In this document: positions 36,146 through 47,300 of the stretch, piece after piece
Numbering within the stretch: position 1 is the first letter of the stretch
Layout: the number at the start of each line of letters is the position of its first letter
Assembly: GCF_036365525.1 (NCBI RefSeq)
Contig: NC_090416.1
Span: 13,630,323 to 13,694,322, forward strand
Direction: 5' to 3'
DNA length: 64,000 nt
DNA from: Heterodontus francisci
Taxonomy: Eukaryota
Made by a program: the position numbers and the translations under genes
The notes under the pieces: generated by a model
Databases searched by the model: none
The model's input: only the letters and a program-made list of their open reading frames with translations
Told to the model about the DNA's origin: nothing

Positions 36146-36769
36146 GTAAGGCCACCCCACACCCAAAGCCAAAGCTCAAACTGCACTGAGCTGGCGATCG
36201 CTGACGGCCGACAGAATCCACGCTCATTTCTTTTGCGTCAATTAAGGTTTCCAGTTAACTCAGAGAATTAGGGTGCCCAACGTTTGATGTAACTGTAATG
36301 GCTCCCCTCCCCCTTCCTGCTCCCAGTCCCACCTTCCCGAACTGGCCCTCAACGCCAAAGCCAACTCCTTTCTATTTGCACCTCTCATTCCAAGGTGTCG
36401 AATGTCCTGGGCCTGGAGGTTAGGAACGCGCCATTAAGCTGACCAATGCCAGTAGCGAGGGAGTGCCGCATTGTCAGAGGTGCCGTCTTTCGGGTGAAAC
36501 ATTAAACTGAGGCCCCGTCTGCCCCTCTCAGGTGGATATAAAAGATCCCACGGCTGCTATTGGAAGAAGAGTGTGGGGGTGGGGGAGGGGGGGAGTTCAC
36601 CTCGGGGTCCTAGGGCCCAGTATTTATCCCTCAACCAACTTCACTAAAAAACAGATTCTGCAGTAGCCCCATTACCCCACATTCCCCACAGGAAGTGTGA
36701 CGAAAGCAGTGTTGTTCTTGGCTGCAATAGTCAAACTATCCTGCCTGGTACACAAATTAATGGCCAATT

Positions 36770-37574
36770 GAGTGTAGAGGGAGCTTTACTCTGTATCTAA
36801 CCCCCGTGCTGTACCTGTCCTGGGAGTGTTTGATGGGGGACAGTGTAGAGGGAGCTTTACTCTGTATCTAACTCCGTGCTGTCCCTGTCCTGGGAGTGTT
36901 TGATGGGGACAGTGTAGAGGGAGCTTTACTCTGTATCTAACCCCGTGTTGTACCTGTCCTGGGAGTGTTTGATGGGGACAGTGTAGAGGGAGCTTTACTC
37001 TGTATCTAACCCCCGTGCTGTACCTGTCCTGGGAGTGTTTGATGGGGGACAGCGTAGAGGGAGCTTTACTCTGTATCTAACCCCCGTGCTGTACCTGTCC
37101 TGGGAGTGTTTGATGGGGGACAGCGTAGAGGGAGCTTTACTCTGTATCTAACCCCCGTGCTGTACCTGTCCTGGGAGTGTTTGATGGGGGACAGTGTAGA
37201 GGGAGCTTTACTCTGTATCTAACTCCGTGCTGTCCCTGTCCTGGGAGTGTTTGATGGGGACAGTGTAGAGGGAGCTTTACTCTGTATCTAACCCCGTGTT
37301 GTACCTGTCCTGGGAGTGTTTGATGGGGACAGTGTAGAGGGAGCTTTACCCTGTATCTAACCCCCGTGCTGTACCTGTCCTGGGAGTGTTTGATGGGGGA
37401 CAGTGTAGAGGGAGCTTTACTCTGTATCTAACCCCCGTGCTGTACCTGTCCTGGGAGTGTTTGATGGGGGACAGTGTAGAGGGAGCTTTACTCTGTATCT
37501 AACCCCCGTGCTGTACCTGTCCTGGGAGTGTTTGATGGGGACAGTGTAGAGGGAGCTTTACTCTGTATCTAACC
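36770..37574 (+). repeat. Same ~70-bp minisatellite, ~11 copies
   Basis: Same unit and orientation as 9757-10266. Confidence 0.97.
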
Positions 37575-37690
37575 TGGCTAGTTCTTGCTTTTGAAGCACT
37601 AAGTATGTGGAAAGCAGATAAAGATGATGAACTGCTGAATCCTTTGTGAAAGTGGAACTGAACGTTTCTGAAAGCCCTGTCCCTGTGTAG

Positions 37691-37874
37691 CCTGGCAGAG
37701 CTCCAAGAGTGCGGTATGGAGTGCAGAGAGGAAGTGAGGAGAGGTGACCGGCTGAACCACTCCGCCTCCCTCAACTCCAACATGTCCTTCATGTCTGTCG
37801 TCTCGCTGATCCCAAATGATGAACTGGACAGACTGTTGGATGAGGTCAAATGTCTGGAAGAGGGAGCACTACAG
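37691..37874 (+). CDS. IL16-like exon (SLAELQEC...SVVSLIPNDELDRLLDEVKCLEEGALQ)
   Basis: AG/GT boundaries; aligns with human IL16 NLSELREY...[27 protein letters not shown]. Confidence 0.93.
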
Positions 37875-38179
37875 GTATGTCACACTCCCGCTCCCACCTT
37901 TGGAGAGAGAGAGATAGTCCCGTTTCCGATATAACACTTGTGAAACTCACACAGCATTGCTCAGAATTTCTTTGCCCGCTGAACAAATTGTCACAGTCGG
38001 GTGGGACGAGTCTGGATGGACCACAGAGTCGTCTCCTTGTTCGGACGTACCTAAATCGTGGCCTGGGTTTGATGGTAGATCCAGAGTGGGGAGAGGTGCT
38101 TGGGCCCTCGCAGCCCTACCCCCTATTCTATTCTAGAAAGTCAGCTGGTGAAGGATCAAACTGGAGCCAATCTTGACGC

Positions 38180-38336
38180 ACACGTATATTTATTTACAGA
38201 GTTTCACACTGCAAGCATTCATCTCCTAATCCAACAACCATAGTTTCATTCTGTGTCTATTTATAGGGGCTCGAGTGAATCCCCAGTTAATGCCCACCCC
38301 CTGCATACAATTAAATGCAATTAATATACAATTAAC
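38180..38336 (-). mobile_element. Possible solo LTR fragment
   Basis: Reverse strand starts TGTTA, then a TATA-like cctataaat and an AATAAA in LTR order. Confidence 0.4.
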
Positions 38337-38603
38337 ACACCCCCCAACCCCCCCTCACACATACTGGGATTAGTCCGCTGAACAAGCTCGCTCACAAGCT
38401 GTCAAATGCACATTGAAAGTGAGGATGAGAATTTTAAAATCGAGGTGTGTTAGGACACGGGGGTGGGGGTGGATGGGCAGCAGAGTTTAGGCAGAGCTGA
38501 AGTTTTTGGATCGGCGTTTTTTTCAGTGGTAAAAAATGAACGGGACGGCACTGAAACCGGGAACCCTTTCCCCCTGTCTTAACAATGGATCTGTTTGGTC
38601 CAG

Positions 38604-38705
38604 TGTGCGGAAGATATCCAGGTGGTGGTGCTACACAAGGAGGAGGGAACTGGGCTTGGTTTCACCATTGCAGGAGGAATGGATCACGAAAACAAAATGG
38701 TCACT
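38604..38705 (+). CDS. IL16-like exon, first PDZ N-half ([34 protein letters not shown])
   Basis: GLGF loop; human IL16 [30 protein letters not shown]; donor GTAAGT. Not called by the ORF track. Confidence 0.95.
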
Positions 38706-38719
38706 GTAAGTAACTGAAA

Positions 38720-39330
38720 AGGAAAGGAAGACTTGCATTTCTATAGCACCTTTCACCACCTCAGGACGCCCCCAAAGCGCTTTATAGCCAATTAAGTCCT
38801 TTTCCCACAGAGCGTACTGACTGCTGTAACGTCGGAAACGCGGCAGCCAATTTGCGCACAGAAAGATCCCACAAACAGCAATGTGAGGATGACCCAGACC
38901 GTCTGTTTTTCGCGATGTGGGTTGAGGGATAAATATTGACCCCCCCCATGACACCGGGGAGAACTCTTTCCCCTCCCCCGCCCCCCAGTACTGACCCTCA
39001 GACAGCGCGGCGCTCCCTCAGTACTGTCCCTCCGACAGCGCGGCACTCCCTCAGTACTGGCACTGGGACTGTCGGCCTGGATTTTGCCCTCGAGTCTCTG
39101 AAGTGGGATTTGAACCCACAATCTTCCGACAGAGGCGAGAGAGAGAGAATCACTGAGCCATGGCTGACACAAGGTCAATGGAGGATTATGGACTGGACCA
39201 GATCCTGACTCCTGTTCAAACCGAGCCATGGGATCCTTAACCTGCATCTCTCGGGGCAGTTAGAGCCTCAGTTTAATGTCTCTCCTGAAGAGCAGCATTC
39301 CAGCCCCCCCCCCACCACCCCCCAGCCCCG
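38720..39330 (-). mobile_element. Deu-domain SINE (SacSINE1/AmnSINE1-like); many other copies, e.g. ~470-660, 1900-2160, 8360-8740, 27770-28050, 54120-54425, 56645-57035, 59400-59700, 63215-63545
   Basis: Recurrent ctgtgcgcaaattggctgccgcgtttcc core and gcgctatataaatgcaag tail; family name from memory. Confidence 0.7.
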
Positions 39331-39397
39331 CACTGGAGTGGTAGCCGATCGCTCCCCTGCACCTCTCTCTGAACGACCGTTCTCCTTCGCTTTGCAG

Positions 39398-39656
39398 GCT
39401 CACAAGGTTTTCCCAAACGGCCTCGCCGCTCAAGAAGGGACCATCGAGCACGGAGACGAGATCTTGTCCATCAACGGGAACTCCCTCAAGGGCGTCACCC
39501 ACAGCGAGGCCTTGTCCTTCCTGCACAAGGCCAGGCCTCCGAAGCAGGCCATTGTCGTGGTCCGGAAGATGACTGAGGCAGAGAGGGCCACCTTGCGAAA
39601 GGCCAGCGTGTCCAATGACAAGCCACGTGGCAGTGTTGACCTCAGTGCTGTGCCTG
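39398..39656 (+). CDS. IL16-like exon, first PDZ C-half plus linker ([27 protein letters not shown]...)
   Basis: Matches IL16 [32 protein letters not shown]; donor GTACGT in phase 1. Confidence 0.95.
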
Positions 39657-39990
39657 GTACGTAAAGTGCCTCTTGTACCGAGAGGCGAAACATTCGGTTC
39701 CAGTATTCATATGTACGCCAGACCGGGTAAGGATGGCAGATTTCCTTCCATCCATTAGTGTATGGGATTTGAAGACGATTCAGTAGTTCACCATTCCTGA
39801 GACGAGCTTTTTAATTCCAGAATTATCTTAATTAACTGAATTTAAATTCCCGGGCGGGATTCGAACTCGTGTCTTGGGATAATTAGTCCGGGCCTCTGGA
39901 TTACTAATCTACTGTGCCTTCGCTGGGTCAGCACTTGGAGAATGGGTTCCCCAGGGCTGTGACTAATGGGCCTTCTCCCCTTCCACGCAG

Positions 39991-40116
39991 AGAGCTCGGG
40001 AGAATCAGTCACGGTGGAGCTAATGACGTCTGGAGCTGGGCTCGGCTTCAGTCTGGACGGGGGAAAGAGTTCAAGTCAAGGGGACAGACCGCTCACCATC
40101 AAAAAGGTTTTCCCAG
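39991..40116 (+). CDS. IL16-like exon, last PDZ N-half ([42 protein letters not shown])
   Basis: Matches IL16 [26 protein letters not shown]; acceptor cgcag, donor GTAGGA. Confidence 0.95.
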
Positions 40117-40742
40117 GTAGGAAGGCATCGTCCTTAATTGTTTAACGTTATCCCGTATGTTAGATACTGAGATATTCAAAGCTTTGAAGTCCGTGCACCC
40201 CAAGGTTTCCCGGTTGAGGTCTTGCACCCGTCTTGCCTCTGTACGGTTTGTTACTTTCATAAGTGAAATTACCCTTACCCACGGCTGATATCCTTTATCC
40301 CATAAGTCTGTCCATTCCTCCCTCTCTCCTCCCTCCACCTCTGCCCTCCTGTCCCTTCCTCCATCTATCCCTGGTTCAGTCCCTTGGTCTGTGCTATGTA
40401 TTGACAATAGAGTCACAACAGCACACTACTGTCCCCTTGGGATAAGATTGTGGGGGGGTGGAAACCAACCAGCATTCCCATTCCTGATGGCTATCCCGTG
40501 AACCCCTCGCTCCCTCCCCCGGCTTTGACGTCGGGATGGGATAGGATGGGGCAGGAGCTGAGGTTGAAGTGCCCGCCTGCCAACGCTCACGGCCAGGGAA
40601 GAATGAATGGTCGACTTGGACGAGGCACTCAAACGGGGGGTAACCCAGCAGGTCCAAGTCCTTGGGGATGGGGGGAATGGGTGGCGGGTGGGCTTCGAAG
40701 GGAGCGCAGTTCCTTAGCCTTGTCGTCTCTGCTTGATTCCAG

Positions 40743-40924
40743 GTGGGCCGGCTGACCGAAACGGTTTGATCCAGCCCGGGGACCGGCTGGTGAAGGTACG
40801 GGACCAGGATTATCAGGAGCTGACCTGTTACGAGGCCTGGAATCTGATCAAGTCGCTTCCCGCGGGCCCTGTGCGGGTTGTCATCCGGAAAAAAGCCGAA
40901 GGAACGAGCGGGCAGCAGTCGTAA
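40743..40924 (+). CDS. IL16-like terminal exon (GGPADRNGLIQPGD...YEAWNLIKSLPAGPVRVVIRKKAEGTSGQQS*)
   Basis: Matches IL16 VQPGDEIL...[22 protein letters not shown]; stop TAA. Confidence 0.95.
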
Positions 40925-41662
40925 GATTCAGGAGGTTTTTTTTTTCCTTGTGTTTTTGCCCGAAAGACACAATGGCTGTTTCCGATGCCCTTTCCTAACT
41001 TGACATCCAGCTCAACCCCCGGAACGTCAGGAGGCGGACCTGAGGTGCAACTCATTTAGCCTCAAAGGGAAGCAGAGGGACTGGGGCTCCAAGAGCCAAA
41101 ATGACTGAAAGCTCGCGAAGAGGTCCGAGAAAAAGAAATTCTTCAGAAGGCCAATGGATTGTTGACCTCCCAAGTTGAGGGCCTGAGTGCATTGGCCCCC
41201 ATTGTTGGGCAAGGGGACTAAGCATTACGGAGCCTAGTCGGGTCGATGGGAGTTGAGATACAGAACAGTCATGGCTTCATGGATGGCGGGACCAGCTCGA
41301 GGGGCTGAATGGCCTTCTCACGGTCGCTGCATGGAAGGACCATTAGGGTAGAGTGTTGTAATTGCGCTATAGTGTTAAACCAGCCATCGTGTGTATCGCG
41401 CCCACACGGATGCACCCACTATTAGCAGTGGGGATTTGACCTTTGGAAGGAAGTCCATCACAGTTGAATACCGGGCACATTACCAGGGCGCAAGGCTCAT
41501 GGTGGGATCTTGCAGTATTACTTGCAGGACTGCTGCGAAGTAACTAAGGCCGGGTGATTTGGTGACGCCATTGGGGATCGCTGACTAGTCTGCAGGGTTC
41601 CTGCTGAGCCCTACAGCTGATGTAATATTTATGTGTCGTTGACTTCATGTTTTTTTCTTTTT

Positions 41663-41668
41663 AATAAA
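41663..41668 (+). terminator. Candidate poly(A) signal of the IL16-like gene
   Basis: First AATAAA I found after the stop (~740 nt downstream), in U-rich context. Confidence 0.55.
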
Positions 41669-43169
41669 ATCAGTTTTCTAATAATCCTGCGTGAAAATGA
41701 TGCCTCGCGTTGTGAATTTTTCGAAATAGACTTGTCGCCGGTGGAACAGCATTTTGGTCGCCTTGCTCCCCTGTTGTCCCTGTCTTGGTGGTGTTGCCCC
41801 CCCCCCCTCCCCCCGCCACGTTGGGTGCTGCCCGCCCTCTGGTTCCTCCTCCCAAATGTGTGAGCCTGTTGGTCAACACCGGGAGCCATCACAGCCCCAG
41901 AACTGAGAGGATATAACTATCAAGGAAGACCGAACAGGCCGGGGGCTCTTTTCTCTAGGGTAGAGAAGGCTGAGGGGTGACCTGATCTAGGGCTTTAAAA
42001 TGATGAAAGGGTTTCGATAGGGTAGACGTTGAGAAGATGTTTCCACTTGTGCGGGGAGACCAGAACTAGGGGGCCATCAATATAAGACAGTCACTGATAA
42101 ATCCAATGGGGAATTCAGGAATTCTTTCCCCAGAGAGTGGTGAGAATGTGGAACTCGCTACCACAGGGAGTGGTTGAGGGGGAATAGCAGAGATACATTT
42201 AAGGGGGAAGCTGGATAAACACATGAGGGAGAAAGGAATAGAAGGATATGGGGATAGGGTGAGATGAAGAAGGAGGAGACTCGTGGGGAGCAGAAACACC
42301 AGCACAGAGCAGATGGGCCGAATGGCCTGTTTCTTGCTATAAACACTGAGTACTATGCCCTGACCAAGGGACAGAGTGGGTCAGCTCTTTCTACCTAGGG
42401 TACAATTGCAGCATCTCACTCACGGACCTGGCTCAGAGCAGCGATTCAGCTCGGGGTTGAATCTGGGAACTCCCCTGCCTACGTGGCTCGATACCACACG
42501 AGGTAGCACTTACCCAGTAACCAGTCCAGGGGAAACATCTCCGTCAGAGATGCTTACAAAAAACACCGCGGGACAATGGACAACATGTGGCCAGTTGTGA
42601 CAATGATTCTATCCAAAGGAGACCAACCATCCTATTGGGAACTCCGGAACGCCAGTGAAGGCATCTCCACAGCCACAGTCTCTTCCAGCTGCCCTGGAGC
42701 CTGCTCTGCCATTCGGTAAGTTCACGGCTGGTCCTCTACGTCAACTGCACTTTCCCGCCCGTTCCCCACAGCCCAAATAGCGACCAATCTCAGTCTTGAA
42801 CATACTCAATGACTGAGGATCCGCAGCTGTCTGGAGTAGAGAATTCCAAAGATTCACAACCCTTTGAGTGAAGGAATTTCTCCTCCTCTCAATCCAATTT
42901 TATGTTTCAGTGAGATTCCCTTTAATTCTCCAAAATCCAGAGAATATCAGTCCATTGTACTTCGTCTCTCCTCATTCCAGGAATCCCTCCCCCTGCTCCA
43001 CAAGGAAATGACCCCCGAGCTGGGACCCTGGTGCCCCAAGTTATCAACAGGGTTGTGAGTTTACCCTTAGGCATTGTGGAGGAGCTAGAACAAGGGAAAC
43101 CAATGGGAAAAACTCTCCACCCAACCCCAATGTCCTCGTGATGGGAGGATTGTGGAACTAGTTTGGGGA

Positions 43170-43950
43170 GGAGTGTGAGGTGATGCATTTTGGGGAGGTC
43201 AAACAAGGCAGAGGAATGCACGATTAATGGGAGAATACTGAGAGGTTTAAAGCAAGTGAGGGACCTTGGAGTGAATGTCCACAGATCTCTGAAGATAGCA
43301 GGACAGGTTGATAAGGTGGTTAAGAAGGCATATGGAATCCTAGAATATAGAATACAAGAGCAGGGAGGTTCTGCTGGAACTGTACAACTTATTGGTTCAG
43401 CCACAACGTGAGTACTGTGTGCAGTTCTGGTCACCTCATTACAGAAAGGATGTAATTGCACTAGAGAGGGTACAGAGGAGATTTACGAGGATGTTGCTGG
43501 GTCTGGAAAAATGCAGCTATGAGGAAAGATTGGATAGGCTGGGCTTGTTCTCCTTGGAACAGAGAAGGCCGAGGGGAGGTTTGATTGAAATGTACAAAAT
43601 TGAGAGGGGCCTGGATAGAGTGGATGTAAAGGGCCTATTTACCTTAGCAGAGAGGTCGGTGACGAGGGGGCATAGATTTAAAGTGATTGGGAGAAAGGGG
43701 ATGTGGAAAACGTTTTCAGCCAGAGGGTGGTAGGGGTCTGGAACTCACTGCCTGAAAGGGTAGTTGAGGCAGAGACCCTCAACTCATTTAAAAGGTGTCT
43801 GGATAGGCACCTCAAGTGCCATCCGTAACCTGCAGGGCTACGGACCCAAATGCTGGAAGGTAGGATTAGATTGGGTGGCTCGTTTATGGGCCCGCGCTGA
43901 CACGATGGGCCGAGTGGCATCTTTCTGTGCCATAAACTTTCTATGATTCC
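43170..43950 (+). mobile_element. CR1 LINE 3' fragment
   Basis: RDLGVNVHRSLK...EYCVQFWSPHYRKDVIALERVQRRFTRML peptides. Confidence 0.9.
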
Positions 43951-44159
43951 GCCACCCCCCTCCTCCTGCTGTCTCTTAATTCCCACATTTTGAGCCATGC
44001 ACCGAAAATCAGAAGCCTTGGTTGAAGCGTCATGAAAATTATGCCAGCTGGGGAAGGGAAAGCTCTTGCATGATGAAGAGGTGAGAAGCAGCCCTGCATT
44101 GCCAAGGGAGCCACGGAAAGTTCATGACTTTTTTGACTGGGGGTGGTGTGGGGGCGCCT

Positions 44160-44266
44160 TTAAATGGCACTGACGTCATTGCGCCTCTGCTTTACGACAG
44201 CCAGCGTAAATGGGCGGGGCCTTTGGTGGCAAAACGCGTTTACGGCAGAAGGTCGGCGGCGCCGCG
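44160..44266 (+). promoter_or_regulatory. HAX1: HAX1 CpG-rich promoter/5'UTR
   Basis: Perfect CRE TGACGTCA at 44171-44178 and GC box GGGCGGGGC at 44212-44220; CpG-rich, directly upstream of the ATG. Confidence 0.7.
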
Positions 44267-44328
44267 ATGAGTTTGTTCGGTTTGTTTCGCGGATTCTTCG
44301 GTTTCCCGGAGAGAGGCGGCGGGAGAGA
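44267..44328 (+). CDS. HAX1: HAX1 exon 1 (MSLFGLFRGFFGFPERGGGR)
   Basis: Matches human MSLFDLFRGFFGFPG; donor GTGAGA at 44329, phase 2. Confidence 0.93.
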
Positions 44329-44394
44329 GTGAGAGAGCGGGAAAAGACCGGGAAAATACCGCGGGAACCGGGAAAACCCGGGAGAAAAACCGAC

Positions 44395-47300
44395 TCCCCC
44401 CCCTCCTCCCTCCCTACCCCCTCCTCCCTCCTCCTCACTCCCTCACTCCCTCCCCCCTCACTCCCTCCCCCCTCACTCCCTCCCCCCTCCTCCCTCACTC
44501 CCTCCCCCCTCCTCCCTCACTCCTCCCCCCCTCACTCCCTCCCCCCTCCTCCCTCACTCCCTCCCCCCTCCTCCCTCACTCCCTCCCCCCTCCTCCCTCA
44601 CCTCCCTCCCCCCTCCTCCTCACTCCCTCCCCCTCCTCCCTCACTCCCTCCCCCCTCACTCCCTCACTCCCTCCCCCCTCCTCCCTCACTCCCTCCCCCC
44701 CTCCTCCCTCACTCCCTCCCCCCCTCCTCCCTCACTCCCTCCCCCCTCCTCCCTCACTCCCTCCCCCCTCCTCCTCACTCCCTCCCCCCTCCTCCCTCAC
44801 TCCCTCCCCCCTCCTCCTCACTCCCTCCCCCCTCCTCCCTCACTCCCTCCCCCCTCACTCCCTCCCCCCTCACTCCCTCCTCCCTCACTCCCTCCCCCCC
44901 TCCCTCCCTCACTCCCTCCCTCCCCCTCACTCCCCTCCCCCCTCCTCCCTCACTCCTCCTCCTCACTCCCTCCCCCCCTCCTCCCTCACTCCCTCCCCCC
45001 TCCCCCCTCACTCCCTCCCCCCTCCCCTCACTCCCTCCCCCCCTCCTCCCTCACCCTCCCCCCCTCCCCCCCCTCCTCCCTCACCCTCCCCCCTCCTCCC
45101 TCACCCTCCCCCTCCTCCCTCACTCCCTCCCCCCTCCTCCCTCACTCCCTCCCCCTCCTCCCTCACTCCCTCCCTCCCCCCCTCCTCCCTCACTCCCTCC
45201 TCCCTCCCCCTCACTCCCTCCCCCTCCTCCCCCTCACTCCCTCCCCCCCTCCCCCTCACTCCCTCCCCCCTCCTCCCTCACCCCTCCCCCTCACTCCCTC
45301 CCCCCTCCTCCCTCACCCTCCCCCCTCCTCCCTCACTCCCTCCCCCCTCCTCCCTCACTCCCTCCCCCCTCCTCCCTCACTCCCTCCCCCCTCCTCCCTC
45401 ACTCCCTCCCCCCTCCTCCCTCACTCCCTCCCCCTCCTCCCTCACTCCCTCCCCCCTCCTCCCTCACTCCCTCCCTCCCTCCCCCCTCCTCCCTCCCTCC
45501 CCCCTCCTCCCTCCCTCCCTCCCCCCTCCTCCCTCACTCCCTCCCCCTCCTCCTCACTCCCTCCCCCTCCTCCCTCACTCCCTCCCCCTCCTCCCTCACT
45601 CCCTCCCCCTCCTCCCTCACTCCCTCCCCCTCCTCCCTCACTCCCTCCCCCCTCCTCCCTCACTCCCTCCTCCCTCCCCCCTCCTCCCTCACTCCCTCAC
45701 TCCCTCCTCCTCACTCCCTCCTCCTCACTCCCTCCTCCCTCCTCCCTCTCACTCCCTCCCCCCCTCCTCCCTCACTCCCTCCCCCCTCCTCCCTCACTCC
45801 CTCCCCCCCTCACTCCCTCCCCCCCTCCTCCTCACTCCCTCCCCCCCTCCTCCCTCACTCCCTCCCCCCCTCCTCCCTCACTCCCTCCCCCCCTCCTCCC
45901 TCACTCCCTCCCCCCCTCCTCCCTCACTCCCTCCCCCCTCCTCCCTCACCTCCTCCCCCCACCTCCTCCCTCACTCCCTCCCCCCTCCTCCCTCACTCCC
46001 TCCCCCCCTCCTCCCTCACTCCCTCCCCCCTCCTCCCTCACTCCCTCCCCCCCTCCTCCCTCACTCCCTCCCCCCTCCTCCCTCACACCCTCCCCCCCTC
46101 CTCCCTCACTCCCTCCCCCCCTCCTCCCTCACTCCCTCCCCCCCTCCTCCCTCACTCCCTCCCCCCTCCTCCCTCACTCCCTCCCCCCTCCTCCCTCACT
46201 CCCTCCCCCTCCTCCTCACTCCCTCCCCCCCTCCTCCCTCCACTCCCTCCCCCCTCCTCCCTCACTCCCTCCCCCTCCCCCTCACTCCCTCCCCCCTCCC
46301 TCCCCTCACTCCCTCCCCCCCTCCCCCCTCACTCCCTCCCCCCTCCCCCCTCACTCCCTCCCCCCCTCCCCCCTCACTCCCTCCCCCCCTCCCCCCTCAC
46401 TCCCTCCCCCCTCCCCCTCACTCCCTCCCCCCTCACTCCCTCCTCCCCCTCCCCCTCACTCCCTCCCCCCCTCCCCCTCACTCCCTCCCCCCTCCTCCCT
46501 CACTCCCTCCCCCCTCCTCCCTCACTCCCTCCCCCTCCTCCCTCACTCCTCCCCCCTCCTCCCTCACTCCCTCCCCCTCCTCCCTCACTCCCTCCCCCCT
46601 CCTCCCTCACTCCCTCCCCCTCCTCCCTCACTCCCTCCCCCTCCTCCCTCACTCCCTCCCCCCCTCCTCCCTCACTCCCTCCCCCCCTCCTCCCTCACTC
46701 CCTCCCCCCCTCCTCCCTCACTCCTCCCCCCTCCTCCCTCACTCCCTCCCCCCTCCTCCCTCACTCCCTCCCCCCCTCCTCCCTCACTCCCTCCCCCCTC
46801 CTCCTCCCCCCTCCTCCCTCACTCCCTCCCCCCTCCTCCCTCACTCCCTCCCCCCCCCTCCCTCACTCCCCTCCTCCCTCACTCCCTCCCCCTCCTCCCT
46901 CACTCCCTCCCCCCCTCCTCCCTCACTCCCTCCCCCCTCCTCCCTCACTCCTCCCCCCTCCTCCCTCACTCCCTCCCCCCTCCTCCCTCACTCCCCTCCC
47001 CCCTCCTCCCTCACTCCCTCCCCCCCTCCTCCCTCACTCCCTCCCCCCCTCCTCCCTCACTCCCTCCCCCCTCCTCCCTCACTCCCTCCCCCCCTCCTCC
47101 TCACTCCCTCCCCCCCTCCTCCCTCACTCCCTCCCCCCCTCCTCCCTCACTCCCTCCCCCCCTCCTCCCTCACTCCCTCCCCCCTCCTCCCTCACTCCCT
47201 CCCCCCCTCCCTCACTCCCTCCCCCTCCTCCCTCACTCCCTCCCCCCTCCTCCCTCACTCCCTCCCCCCTCCTCCCTCACTCCCTCCCCCCTCCTCCCTC

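Noticed and set aside
36770-37574. Regular repeats resembling a CRISPR array
   Set aside because: Units are head-to-tail with no unique spacers, in a vertebrate intron with no cas genes.
34911-40924. Assigning the symbol IL16 or PDZD2
   Set aside because: Synteny matches neither human locus, and orthology cannot be set without a tree.
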